From positions 248,001 to 312,000 of the forward strand of contig MU063057.1 of NCBI GenBank assembly GCA_013265495.1: DNA of 64,000 nucleotides, in the 5' to 3' direction. This stretch comes from Vicugna vicugna (Eukaryota). The notes under the pieces were generated by a model. That model was given only the letters and a program-made list of their open reading frames with translations. It was not told the origin of the DNA and did not search any database. Position numbers and translations under genes: made by a program. Of the stretch, positions 39,301-52,377 are shown piece after piece (position 1 is the stretch's first letter; each line of letters begins with the position of its first letter).

Positions 39301-42300
39301 ACAGAAACCCTTCTGCTCAAACCCACGCAGCACGGCCAACGGCCTTGCTGTCACTGGCTGATCAGCCTTCAGAACAGATGCTCGAAACAAAGGCCACAGG
39401 GGTCAGGCAGACGGAGTTTCCCAGGGCTCTGCCATCCGGGAGGGGCGCGCCACACGCATGTCACAACTCCTGAGACCCCTCCTCTGCTGGTTTCTGCGCA
39501 GCCTCGTCGGAGGCAGACTGTGCTCTGTAACAGCTGCCTGCAGGGCCGGTCCTGGGAGGGAAGCCGGTCCTCCTGCGTCTGAGGTCAGCCCCCAGAGCCC
39601 TTTCCTCAGGCGAAGGGGGTCCACATGTTCTGCCCCTGACAGCAGGCCAAGCAGATGACCAGGACCAAACCGTGCCCGCAGGAGCAGGGCTCAAGGTCAG
39701 GACAGCACCTGTGCCAGCAGCCCCCGCGGGCGGGCCCCAGACACCGGGTGGCAAAGGCGCCCCTGCCCCGGGCCACACAGACTCCCTCTCGGAGCTGCTG
39801 TTCCCACGGGCGGTGGCACAGCCTTCGTGAGATGACTGATGTTGCAGAAAAAGCCAGAAAAACCATTAAGAGTTTATCGTCTTCTCCGTGGGGGCCGCCA
39901 GCAAGTATGAGAAGAGAAGGGGGATCAAAGCCAACGATGATGAGACAAACTCCTGGGGCCACCAGAGCCTCTGCTGTAAGCGGGGTCTGCTCGCCAGCTT
40001 CAGGGCGCCATCCAGATCCGTGCCCATGAAACCCACCCCCGGCTGCCAGGCTGGGCCCCCCCACCCGTGCTCGGCAGTGCCCAGGACCCCTGCCCTCAGC
40101 CTCCGCCACGCTGGCCATGGTCCCTTCCCTCCCGTCATCTGCTTGGATCCACGCGGAGAGAGTCTCTTGCCCTGGTCGTTGCGGGGTGAGGGCCTAGCTC
40201 ACGCCGCCCGCTCCCTCCCAGGGGCCAGGAGCTCAGGGCGGACCTCTTGGCCGAGAGAGCACCAGCTGGACAGCTGCCCCCTCCTGCCCTCCTCCCCACC
40301 GGGCCCAGAGACCAGGCCTGCAGGGGTGTCCGCCCCCACTCCCGCCCTCCCAGTCAGGCCCAGAGACCAAGTCTGCAGGGCCGTCCGCCCACCCACTCCC
40401 CAACCTCTGAGGCCGCCCCCGTACCTGTCCCAAGCTGTGAAGCTCTGTGGGACTGATGACTGCACGCAGCAGGGAGGGGCTACAGTGGTCCCGGCTCCAG
40501 CTGCATGACCAGGCATCCCCCTTCACCCCTACACAACCCTGAGGAGCTCGCCACCACCATAGCCCCCCTGCATTCATCCCACAGATGGCCTTTGACCTCA
40601 AAGGGCAACTGGGGTTCCACTGGCCACAGCTGACCCCAAAGCAGACCAGAAACCAGGAGGCCCTGGAAATGGGAGCCGCACCTGCGGCCAAGCCCACAGG
40701 CTGCTTGAGTGTCTTGTCTCCCCTGGCCCTTCCAGAAGGCCAGCTCCTTCCTTACCACCCCTGGAAGCCACAGGCCCCCATCCTGGGAGCCCCCGCTGTT
40801 GCCGGTCCTGCACATGTGTGTACTGTACATGAGCACGTGTGTGGCTGAGGGCCCAGGAGGGTGGGGGAGGAGCACAGGACAGGAGGCTGCCACCCAGGGC
40901 CCAAGCCCCCGTGTGCTGGGCCTGGAAGACCACAGCCCCGAGTGACGCGCTCAGCCTCGGCCTCTGGTGACATGTGGGGGGCTCTGCGGGGCAAGTGAGC
41001 GCCAAGCACAGAAGAGCAGCTGGCCAGGAAGCGAAGCCAGCATACCTGCCGCAGCAGCGTGGCCCACGGGCTCTTTCGTGTGAGGCCACTGGCCTGTAAG
41101 CGTCCAGCCACCAGACACTGTTCAACCTGATCCCATTAACTGGCCCTGCTCGAGTGAGCCGATGGCCATGGGGTGACAAGACAGTGTCTCCCCCCAGAGC
41201 AGGGGGCTGCGGGTGCAGGCAGCACCCTAGGGCCTCTGTGTGCCCCCCGCCTGCCAGTGCCCCACCCTGGGCCCCCCGTCTGCCCTCAGTCCTCACGCCG
41301 TGGTCCAGCCTCCTATGCCCAACACAGGGTGGACAGGGGAGTCAGAATGCGCGGCTCCAACAACCGGTGCCAGGTGCCCCACCCCCACCCCAGGGGGTCT
41401 GGAGGAGCCGCCTCACATGGCTGGGGAAGGCGAGCAGCCAGGCCAAGTGGTGGGAGCCATGACCACACAGCTCTGACCCCCCAAGGCCTCAAGCGTCCTG
41501 GTGGAGGGACTCAGCCTTGACCTGCTGAGCCGTGAGGACCTGCCAAGTCCACTCAGGTGTCCCGAGTGCACCGGCTCGGGTCCCAAGACCCTCCCTGGGC
41601 CAACACGTGCAGTGGCCCCGGGGGAATCTGGACGGGGCTGGGTGGTGACCAGGAAGAGCCTCTCTGCCCGAGCCTGCAGGGCACTCACCCGGGGCTGACG
41701 GCAGGCGGGATGACCAGGATGGCCAGAAGCCTGGCCTGGTGCAGCGCCTCGGCCACATGGGTCAGCATGTGAATGAGGCCCCTGCAAAGAACGAAGAAAA
41801 GGTCAGGAGTGGCTTGGCCGAGACGCACTTGGGCAGGCGCCCCTTCACAGCCCTTCCTGCCCGGGAGGCGCAGGCTCTGGGTTGGCCCCACTCGAGCACC
41901 AGGGCAGCCCTGGACCTTGGGGGCCGCCCTCTACCCTAGCCAGCCTGCCCCGGCCCCGCCCCTCCTCACACTCAGGGTCCCTCTAAGAGCAGCAGGGGTC
42001 CGTGCAGCGCCCCATCACCTCTGGACCCTCCCAGAGCAGAGCCAGGCAGGGATGAGGAGGGATCCCTGTGGACCAAGTGCACTGGCCTGCCGGGGGCTGA
42101 GTCAGCCAGGCGGTGTGACACTGGAGGTGCCTCGGTATGAGGGGGGCATGGGGGCTGCTCCACCAAGGTGGCCTTGTGCTGACGGGACCCTAACCTCACC
42201 CCCAGGACGACTGCCTCACCTGTCCAGCCCCCCAGCTCAGATGCCAGGACACGGAGCTCTGCCTGCTTGACCCCAGGCAGGGGCGTGAGGAGGGAGCCCT

Positions 42301-45300
42301 GGCACATCGTGTGCCCAGACATAGGGGAGGAGCGTCCCTGTGGGCAGTGGGCCACCAGTGAGGGGACAGGGAGGGAGACGGCATCAGACTCCTCTGGCCC
42401 CTTGGCCTGTGGGAGGTGGCGGCAGGCCCAGTAGGAGCCCCTGTCAGGACACCACTGGCAGTACGTGGGCTGTGGAGGGGCTGGTGCTGATGAGCCTCAG
42501 CCCTGCAGGTCCCAGGCTGGCTCTGAGCTGTGTGTGTCCACTCTAGCCTGGCCCCTCCATCACTGCTGGGAGGCCCTGGGCCCAGTGGCTGACCCTCAGG
42601 AGCCACCTCCCTCTGGAGAAGAGGCGGCCAGTCCCACCCCCTCATGCGCAGGCGGGTCAGAGCGGCTGAGGGGCCGAACGTACGTGCAGCACCTCCCAGG
42701 TGGGCTGACGCAGAGCCCGTGGGCCTGGGCACGAGTCTTGTCCCAGAGGACTCCGCTGCTGTCTGCCGTGGCCCTGCAAGGCCACCTCTTCTCAAAGTCC
42801 CCAGGAAGGCTCCGTCATGCCACCCACCCAGCTAGACACCCCCCACAGCTGCTCCAGGGGTTCACGGAGCCACTCGCTGACTTTCTTGGAGTTCTCTCCC
42901 CACCCATGGGTGCAGACGTGGGAATAAGGCCCTCCTCTCAAACGGGCCACCGAACCCTCCTCTAGCCTCTTCCTGCCACCTGGGAGCCAGGAAGGGCGGA
43001 GGGCAGCCCGCCCGTCAGCCACCCAGAGCCCACTCACATGTGCTTCTGGCTCAGCAGCTGGCTCCAGACCTCCACCACGAAGCCGTCGAAGTGCTGGCTC
43101 TGAAAGGAGAGGGCACAGGTAAGAAGAGTCCCGGCAGCGCAGAGGGGCTGGGCTCCCACACACCCCATCCGCTAGCATGTCCCAGGGGGCACTCTCCTCC
43201 CTGCAGCCCAGCACCAGCGAGCTAGGGTGGGCACCCTCCCAGGAGGGTGGCAGACGGCTCACCCAGGGAAGGCCCTGCCCTAGAGACTCCCGTGGTCACA
43301 AAGGAGCCTGGAGCAGCCTGTGCCGGACCTGCCAGCGCCGGGCGTCACCTTGGCCACCTGCACGATGCTCCTGCCAAGCTCTTCTATCTCATCCTCGCTG
43401 TCCAGGGTGTCCCGGAAGTCCTCGGGAGTCCAGTCCTCAAACAGCAGCCGAGGCACTGGGAACAGAGCGGCCCAGAGGTAACCCTCCTGGGCTCGGCCCT
43501 GCCCACAGCGTGGCCCTGCGCCTCCAGGGCACAGTGACCACAGCTGAGCACCCAGTGTGGTCCTCCCAGTGCCACGTGGCCTGGCAAGGGAGAGCACTGG
43601 GGGGCGCTGGGAGAGGACAGACACTGACCCTTTGTTTCCTGCACATGCCAGGCCTCCGAGTGCCCAGACCCTGCTCCTCCAGCTCCCCCTCAACGCTCCC
43701 TGCGGGCCCCCTCCCAGCTCCTCCTGCTCAACGGTTACATGCTCCCCAGAGCCCCTCTCCCCTCTCCGCAGTCACACATTCAACAGCCCTGTGCGACGGG
43801 CCCCTCTCTCACCAGCCATTGGCTCCAGGAAGGGGCTGGGCAGGGTGAGCGTCAGCCCCAGTAAGTGCTCGTGGGTGAGTGAGGAGATGGGAGGGCAAAG
43901 GCCACGGGGAGAGGCCCCCAGGGCTCCAGCTGGCCTGAGGGCCATGGATGCTGGCTCGGGCTGGCCACATTTCTGAGCGGTTGGGAGTGACCCCCGTGAG
44001 AGGCAGCACAGCCTGGGTCACAGGCCCATGGGGAGGCCCAGGCCCCCTAGCCCGTAGTGCACGGCCTAGAGGCCGAGGACCCCGACCACCCGGGCCCACC
44101 GGACTCACCGATGTGTAAGCCCCTGCTCTGCTTCCTGACGGCCCGCAGCCACCCTGCGGGACGTGGAGAGGACAGTCAACATGGGGACACAGCCCCTCGC
44201 CTGTGTGATGACCCAGCCTGCTCCCGAGGAGAAAATGCGGCCCCTCCGCCTCTGCTACGGGAGCACAGCAGGGGGGCGGCAGGAGAGAACATGCGCCCCC
44301 CTCCCCACAGAGCAGCTGGGACCAGTGGACCAGCGGCCGCCCCAGGTGCCATGACTCCGCAGGGCCTGAGACTGTTCTGAGCTGAGGGCGTCAGAGGCCG
44401 GGCCCTGCGACGCCCAGCCGTGTCCTCTGACACATGGCCCATCAGCATCAGAACCCACTCCAGATCCGGGAACTCGACAACCAACTAACACACTCTCTCT
44501 CTGAACCCCCAAGGGGGCACATCTGTGTCAACTCGGGTGCATGCCCCCAAACATGGCTGTCAGGACACCCAGGCCTCACCTTCTCCTGGACACTCTGTCC
44601 CAGAACCTCCCCCCAGACGCCTCTGCCCTGGACACCCAGCCCTGACACCACCTCCTTGGACACCGTGTACAAACCACCAAGGGAAACGGGTGCGGGTCAA
44701 AGTGGGCAGTGACCACACTCACACACACTCAGACACGCTCACACACCTTCCCCCCCACCCCACGTCCACTCACACCCCCCTGGGCCCTCGGGACGAGTGC
44801 GAGCAAGCAGCAGGGTGAGAACCTTGGTCCACGCCGTCAAGGCCCGTGACCTCGAACATTTCGCGGCCGCGCCTCCGCAGCTGCAGCCACACAGGGGAGA
44901 TCTGGGTGAATTTGCCCCCGAAGATCTTGGCGACATCGTAGCCATGGCTGTTCCACTGGCAGAGGGCAGAGAGTGGTCAGCCCGTCTGCAGCTGGGGCCA
45001 GAGGGCCTGAGAGCCGCCCCTGGGCTGGGGCACCATGGGGTCGCCCTGCCATGTAGACCGAGACCCTGGGGCAATTCTGGCTACTCCTCTGGGCAGCATC
45101 GCTCCCACTGCACCCCTCCCCCGGATGGCCTGGGGAGGTGAGGACACAGACCCAGTGGCCACCTTGCCCTTGGTACCACCCTGCCCACCTCAGGGCCCAG
45201 CTTACTGGAGTGACGTAGCCCAGGACCTCCCCAGCAAAGTGCCTCCTCCGGGCTTTGGCCGAACAGTAGCTGCGATGCTCAAGAACCACGTCCTCAGCTC

Positions 45301-46029
45301 TGAGGTCGGTCACCACCAGCCCCCGCTCCTGGACCGGCTTATCTGAAAACTGAGTCTAAAGAACGAGGAACAGGGAGAAAACTGTCGGCATCCAGCCCCA
45401 GGCAGAGGCCCAGGGACGGCAGCCGGCCCCTCAGTCAGCAGGGACTGTGTCCTGGGATCAACACGGAGCTGCTGACTGCGAGCCCACAGGGAGAGGCCCA
45501 CATGTGAGGAGCTGACAGTCCCCGAAGACCCACTCTGCCTCCCTGGGGCCGTCCCCGGAAAACAGCACAAAGACACAGCCTAGCCTGGCGTGGCTCCTGT
45601 CCGATTTGCTCGACTGCCTCGAACACTACAGCTCAATGAAGCAGGAAAGGGCGCAGGTGGGGAGAGACACAGAAGGCAGGGTAGGAGCGGAAATGTGGAC
45701 ACAGCCATAGGAGACAGCCCGGTGGGGCAGGCGCACCCTTAGGCCCCAGCCCCAGGAGCTGCTGCCCCTAAGGCCCCTGCAGAGCCCCGGGCGGCACAGA
45801 GCTGGCTGCCCACAGTGGCCAAGCGCCCAGCTCTCAGCTCCCAGGCCACATCACAGGCCCTGGTGGGCAAGAAGGCACAATGGGGCAGCCCTTCGGCCAG
45901 CCCCCGGACCATCCCTACCTTCTCCAGCAGTGTCTTCGAGGCAGCCTTTTTGGCATCTGACTTTGACAGGGTGGTGTGCACAGAGCCACAGGCCAGGGCC
46001 AGCCAGAGTGTGCTGAGCAGCGCCCACAT
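30333..46029 (-). CDS. CHID1: Chitinase domain-containing protein 1 (SI-CLP; GH18-fold pseudo-enzyme), 393 aa: complement(join(30333..30431,30625..30667,30889..30969,37180..37335,37915..38016,41689..41781,43038..43099,43349..43455,44109..44153,44823..44955,45206..45355,45919..46029))
   Basis: Twelve GT-AG exons total 1182 nt = 393 aa + stop: signal peptide [15 protein letters not shown]..., [11 protein letters not shown] (degenerate GH18 DxxDxDxE site), [10 protein letters not shown] and C-terminal [18 protein letters not shown]. Confidence 0.97.
35361..35734 (+). mobile_element. MLT1A-type (ERVL-MaLR) solo LTR in CHID1 intron 10
   Basis: TG start; gaattctgtcccc...cctcaaaatgtgactctatttg...tttaaagaagtgatta...ggtgggtcctaatcc...gactggtgtccttacaagaagag...gagaagacggcc are MLT1A/B hallmark words. 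Confidence 0.8.
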
Positions 46030-46539
46030 GCTGGGGGTGTCAGAGCAGGCTCCAATGTCGGAGTCCTGGGGGCTGCAGAGAGAGCAGAGGATATGAAGTT
46101 CACCAGCAGACGGGGTGTCCCCTCTGCCTCCTGGAGCACGTGTCCTAATGGAGCCTGGGTCCTCCCAGACACCCAGAAAGAGCCCGCTGTGCGGCAGGCC
46201 AGAGGGCCCTCCCCCACTGCCTCAGGGCCACCCGAACTTTGGCCCCCAATTAGCAAAACATAGGCTCCCCACCTCCTCAAACCCAAGAAATGTGGCTACC
46301 AGCTACCAGCTTCAGTGCAAAATAACAGAGCCACGGAAAGGACTTGAAGAGAACATGGTTACCGGTGCGTTTAAATGTGGGGGTGGGGGCGGGTTTTTCA
46401 CCTGTGTCGGCCACAGTGTAGCTTACAAAGCAAAGCGTTAGAAGAGTTTACTACTTAAAACTGAGAGACTTTCCCTTAGGAAGCAAGACGTTGATTGGAA
46501 CAAATAAACAAAACAGGAAAACACTTACAACGTACTTGA

Positions 46540-46960
46540 CAGTAAGCTTCTATCTGCCTTGTACCTGTAACACGCAAAGGACTCTTAAAAACTGATTACA
46601 AAAGACACTCCAGTAAGAAACACCCCACTGCAGAAATAAGGAAGAGTCGTGAAGAGGTGTAGGACAGAAACCCCGTGACTCGCCCATGCCTCATCACAGA
46701 CACCCCGAGCCCCAGAGAGAGCACCTGGCTTCCAGCGATCACAGGAACGGACACTGACGGGAGACGGTGTGTCCACCCAGCACTGGCGAGGACGCTGCCT
46801 CGAGGACCCAGGGCAGCAATAACTCTCACAGCTGTCCCTGGGAATTCAAGCTGATGACACTTTTGCCAGTGACAACCTGATAGTGAATATTACACTCTCC
46901 GATGCGTGTTTCCACTTGTTTGCAAATTCCACTATGGGGGCTGTCACGCCTATTAGACCC
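46540..46960 (+). mobile_element. Degraded L1ME-like fragment
   Basis: A-rich tract with ctcacagctgtccctgggaattcaag...gcaaattccactatggg resembling L1 ctcatacactgctggtgggaatg...gcaattccactcctagg. Confidence 0.4.
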
Positions 46961-49479
46961 CGCACGAGGCCCCCACAGAGAGAGGGACGGATGGACAGAC
47001 GGACGGGGGAAGTAAACAAGCAGGCCCTCTGGACCGCTGGCTGCTCTGTCTTCCCTTTGGCTTTGTCTGCTTCCTGGCATTCCCGTGCGGGACGTTCTTT
47101 GGCTGGCAGGGCATTTCACGGTCCGGGGCCCCACCTCTCCCCCGTGATCCTGCCTCCTTGTCTTTCTCTCTTGGGGCAGCTGAGCAAAGAGTCGGCTCAG
47201 GCGGGCCGTGGTCCCTGATGAGGCTTGAAGACACGCAGATAAGGCTTGGACTTTTATTTTCAGTTTATAAGACAAGCCTGTCGGTCAATGATCTCATTGT
47301 CCCAGCAGCATGCTCCCCCTCAGCCCAGCCAAGGGGTCGCTGGTCCAGAGGAGACCCTGGACCCCTACGCTACTAGGAGTTGGAGGCTGACCCAGCCCCC
47401 TGCCCAGGGGCGGGCACCCTGGGGACCCTCCTGGGCACCTGTCCCTCCACCACAACCACTTCCTGGCCAGAAGCTTGTTTTCTCAGCCTGCCTCTCTGCG
47501 CAGAGCAGCACATGCCCCTGCTTGGAGCTGTCGCCCCCACCCTCCCCACCCCTGTGAGATGGGCGCTCCTGGTGCAGACTGCCCCGGGCAGCAAGTTTCC
47601 ACACTGGGGCACCTGATACACCCACTGCATACCTGCGTGGGGCCTTGGGAGAATGGGGCCCTGGGGCTCCCTCCCCAAAAACAAGGAGGCACAATGGCAG
47701 GACCAGATACCTCCGAAGGGGTGTGGGGGATACGAGGACGCAGGCCAAGTGTGCCCTCCCTGCCAGCCCCTCTCCCTGGTAACACTGCCCAGCGTCAGAT
47801 TCACCCAGAACAGCAGCCTCTGCCACCCCAGGCCAACCCTGGCATCTCACCACCACAGCTGTGGGACCTGAGCTCCTTGGCCACAGCCCAGGGCTCGGAA
47901 GGGCCCTGTGGGAGAGGGACACTGGACATGGCAGGGATGGGCGGCCCAGAATCACCCAGCACTCCCCCGGCCAGTCTGAGACTGTGGCTACTAAGCTGTG
48001 AGGACCAACCCCAAGCAGCCTGGCCACCACAAGGCCGGAAAAACACCTAGGCAAACATGCTTCTGGAGTGAGGGCTCACATGAGTGGCTGCAGAGCTGAC
48101 ACGCCGGGCACCAGAGGGACACCTGCCCCTGCCAGGGGTGGGGCCTACTCTGCCAGGACCCCATCTTCAACCCCGGCCCCCTCGGGCCTCTCTGTGGTTG
48201 CTGGCTCCGCTCCGGCTCCAGGGTGGAGGTCTGGGTCACTGAGGATGGAAAGGGATGAGAAATCAAGCAGGAGCTGGCCCTCTTGAAGCCGTCCAGCAGG
48301 GATTTGGGGGTGCTCCCAGAGAGCCCTCTGCCTGACCCCTGACCTGTGATTTCACAGCACAGGAAAGAACAAAGAGGAAAGGGTGGTGATGGGACTGCTC
48401 TGGAGGAAGGGAGGCAGGCCTCCCGCTGGCTCCCCTGCCCTGTGGAAGGGCAACGGGAGAAGCGGACCAAGTGCGAGGACCTGGGCTGGCACTGCCCTGA
48501 GTGCCCAAAAACAGTGGGCCAGCCCTAGGGCGCAGCTCGGCAGCATCAGGGGGAGTGCTGGGCTGCTCCTGGAACGGCCATGGAACTTTCTAGACCTACT
48601 GTCTGCACCTCAGTGGCAGGGACATGTCAGCTGTGCTGTGCGGGTGCTTAGGCCATGACAAGGCCCCACCCGGGTGGCTCCCAGGACCCCCCACTGTGCA
48701 TTTTGGTGAGGTGTCTGCTGGCCCCTCCACCCTGAGGCCTGAGGGCAAACTCTCCATCAAGCTCTTCAAAGAGCCGACTTCTGGGCTCACACACTGTTTC
48801 TGCCCAAAACGTGTTCCTTCCCTGCACACTAGTAACTCTTTGGGCAGAGCGGCCTCTGCAGTGTGGTGTGCAGTGGCTGGTTCACACTCATGGTCACACG
48901 GGGGGGTCATCACAAACACAGACCAGAGGGCCCTTGGAGGTGGGGTCTCAGACCTGCTGCCTGACTCGCTAGTGACCAAAAGCCCCGCTTCCCCAGGGCT
49001 CCAAGGTTTTGGGAGGATGCTTCAGCAGTGTCGGCTGAAGCACGGCAAAACGCCTTTCATCAAGACCCACGGTAAGAAAAAGTTTGTGGTAACCAGGTAT
49101 GCACACGCATGTTGTGGGTGTGCACGTGTGTCATATGTATGCATAGACTGAGAGGAGATGATCAGAGCTAACCCTGCTGAGACGTACTCTGACATTTTCT
49201 ACTTCATCTTTAATAAGCTGGTTTTTATCCATCGTATCTGTTTCACTCCTCAGTGACATGCAATTTAAGAGACGCTGCTGGACACGCCTGGGTGTGCGTC
49301 ACCCACACCTGGTGGGACCCCTGAGCCAAGTGCCTCATGAACAGAATGCTCCCGTTCCCACAGCACGTGCTATTCTCACCTGTGAGCACAAATTTTGGAG
49401 CCCACTGTGCTCCCGCCGGGAGAGGCGAGGTGGGAAGAGAAGAGAGTGAAAGAGGTGGGACGACCACAGCCTGGCTGAC

Positions 49480-50760
49480 TTTATCAGCCCCGTGCTGCGT
49501 TAACCGCGGGTCTGTTCAGACCCCGGGAGCAGGCACTGCGTCGTTCCCTCCACAAATGAGGCCGAGGAAGCCGCCCCGAGGCAGCCCTGGTGGGCGGTGA
49601 GCGGCCGCCGGGCGACCCCAGCTCCACAGGCGGCGGAAGCGAGATGGGATGGAGGTCGGGGTCGGCCGCCCAACCGCGGTCCCCCGACTGCTGCGGGCTC
49701 ATGCCTAGGAGCCCCTCCCCAGTGTGGAAGATCTGCAGCCTTCAGCGTCTGGGACTGAGGCGAAGAGGGAGTCAGCCTAGCGCGCCCCAAAGCGCATCGG
49801 GGTCACCCGCCCCCGCGCTGGCCCGCCCTGCCCGCAGCCACGCTCGCTGCCGCCCACACAGGCTCGCGCCTCCCGCTCCTCCCGCTGCCCACGCCTCGTC
49901 CTCTCGTGCGCACCCGCTGTCACACCGCCTCCCGTCCACGCCCGCCGCCCCTCCTGCCCGCACACGCAACCCCGCGCGCCCACTCCGCGGAGGGGAACTG
50001 AGGCCCTGGGAGCCGGGGAAGCAGGCGCCGGAACTCGGGGCGCGAACGCCACCCCGGCGGGCCGCCGCGGGGCTCACCTGCATGTCGCAGGGCTCACCTG
50101 CATGTCCCGGAGGGCCACCGGACCCCCCTCGCGCGTGGCCGGAAGACGCTCGCTAACGCCGCCGGAAGTCCCGCCCCAGGATGCCCGCGCGCCGCCGCCG
50201 CGCACAGCACGCTGGGGGGGGGTCCCGGCTACGGGCCGAGGGGCGGGGCCTGGAGGACAGAACCCGGGGGAGGATCGATCTCGGGGCGGAGCGAGGCCGA
50301 GGGGCGAGACCGGGCCGGGGGCGGGGCGCTGGGCGGGGCGGGGCTGACGCTGGGGGCGGGGCGAATCCGAGGGGCTGGGCCAGGGGCGGAGCCGACCCAG
50401 AGGAGGAGCCCGGCGGGGACTCGGCGGGGTCCAGACTCGGGCACCCGAACTGAGAGCCCGCGCGCGCCGACCCCGGCCTTCCGTGGGCCCTGGCCTCTGA
50501 TGGGAACCAAACGCCCTCTCTCGAGAGCTGGCGCGGAGGTCTGGGTTCCAAGGGGCGCGCAGTCCCCTCTCCTCCCCAGCGCACGCTCTGTGGAAGGCCC
50601 GGCTCCGGGTGCGATGTCTGCGCTGCGACCACCTGGGTGACCACCAGGGCGCGCCGCGGGCTCCAAGGCCTTTGCCCAGCCGGGCAGGGGGCCGAGGGGA
50701 CCTCGCAGGACCGACCTCCCGCACTTCCACGTTCTCTCTTGGACCCAGGAATCGCCTCTC
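49480..50760 (-). promoter_or_regulatory. CHID1: CHID1 CpG-island promoter; exon 1 ends at 50098 or 50078; ETS motifs CCGGAAG 50139-50145 and CCGGAAGT 50162-50169; GC boxes
   Basis: Dense CpG, tandem ETS/GABP-type motifs next to CCGCCCC, a G-rich Sp1/G4 array at about 50312-50362, and two CAG|GTGAGC donors on the minus strand. Exon 2 acceptor begins at 46072. Confidence 0.75.
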
Positions 50761-52294
50761 CAGGCTTTCCTCCTACCGCCTAGGGGCTGCCCCCCAGCCT
50801 AGCGCTCCTCCGTCATCCCCCAGGTCTCCCTGGATGAGCCTTTGTCAGTCCTTGGCTTTGGTCACTATCCAGGGGCCAGTGGTACCCAGCACGGTGTCTG
50901 GAGCAAGGAATCGTGCTCCAGGCCCTCTGAATGGCCCTTGGACATCAAAAATCCCACGTATCTTAGACTCAGCGCGCCCTCTGTCCTCACCTCCAGGAAC
51001 GCTGGCACATTTCACCTGCAGATCTCACAGCTGGAACCTTCCAGAGGCCAATAGTACCACCCCCACCCCACCACCATCTCAGCCCCCAGCAAGAGGAGTC
51101 AGTGAGCCTCTGGGATGGACTGGATGCAAAGTGGCCAGTAGTTTAAATCACAAGGCATTTTACACCTCATACAAGCTGACAGATCCCTAGCGTTCCCAGC
51201 AGTTTCCTGCAGAAAACCGCACAGCCCGTCCCCACCCCAGCCCTACTCAGCCAGCCCCAGGACCCACTGCACAGCTGTTTCCCCATTTCTGCTGCTCATG
51301 AGGCTCCTCCCTGAGCTGAACTTTGTTCTCTTTCTTCCTACTCATGTTTCCTTCTTTCTCTTCCCCATATTTCCTGCCAGCTAACCCCCACCCCCAAGTC
51401 TTCCCAGGGCCTGGGGTTTGGTGTGTGTCCTGAGGCATGGCACATACCAATGCAACAGCTCTGCATTCCCCGCACTCAGCTCAGCCCTGAGGCCAGACAT
51501 TTGGGGTAGTAGCGCCAGGTCAGGCAGAGCTCTGGAGAGGGCCTGAAGGCTACGCTGGATGCAGCCCTAGGAACACCAAGGAGACCCCAGCAAGGCCAAA
51601 GTTCTCTTGGTAAAGCATTTAGTCACCTTAGGATCCCACTGAGTGCAGAGGTCTTTGGAGCTAAAGAATTGTGAAATCACTGTGTTCAGTCTGAGCCAGC
51701 ACTGCATCCTCCAAGAGCAGGCAGGAAGGAGGGGCAGGGAGCCCCACACCAGCTCCCCCTGCAGAGATCCCACTGTGCAGGGTTTGGGGGTTCTGTGGGG
51801 TTGTGAGCACAAGCTGTCAGCCTCCCAGCTGGCATAGCTGGTGCCAAGGGGCCCCAGAACCCAGATTGAAAACTGACTGCTTTGAATGATAGCTATCAGC
51901 CAGCCATAGGGAGATTTAGAATAAGGCATAGAAAGGGTTAAGAGAATCAGAACCACGCCGTTAGCACTTACATATTAAGTGAAACCTGAACACATTTGCT
52001 ATTTCAGGTTTCTGGAACATTTCAGACAACTTGGGGCTCACCATTTTGAATATTTAATCTACTGAGTATATGAGCACTTGGAGCACCAGAGGTTTTGCTG
52101 CCAATTCAGACAAGCTAAAGCACATAAGAAGGGAATAAAATATATTTAACTCATAAATTCAGTTCAAAATCTTAAAAATGCTTAATTACCAGAAAAGTAA
52201 ATAAAGTATATATTTAAAAAAAAAGCTTAAATAACTGAGTTTGTAGGTGGAACCAAATATTATGCAGAGGGCCCTTAAAAATGACTATAAAATT

Positions 52295-52377
52295 GAGGGG
52301 TGGGTATAGCTCAGTGGTAGAACATATGCTTAGCGTGCATTAAGCCCTGGGTTCAATCCCCAGTACCTCCATTAAAA
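52295..52377 (+). mobile_element. tRNA-Ala(AGC)-derived SINE / retroposed tRNA copy with 17-bp TSD (52277-52293 and 52378-52394)
   Basis: GGGTATAGCTCAGTGGTAGAACATATGCTTAGCGTGCATTAAGCCCTGGGTTCAATCCCCAGTACCTCCA with A box, B box and anticodon arm ATGC-TTAGCGT-GCAT; short A tail; flanked by identical AAAAATGACTATAAAAT at a TT|AAAA L1 endonuclease site. Confidence 0.88.

Noticed and set aside
38700-40000. Further A-rich, T-poor patches in CHID1 intron 8 resembling GC-shifted L1
   Set aside because: Similarity too faint to assign by eye; needs a profile-HMM search.
52297-52371. Functional tRNA-Ala gene
   Set aside because: The flanking 17-bp TSD, A tail and L1 endonuclease site indicate retroposition, and stem mismatches are present. 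Reported as a SINE/retrocopy instead.
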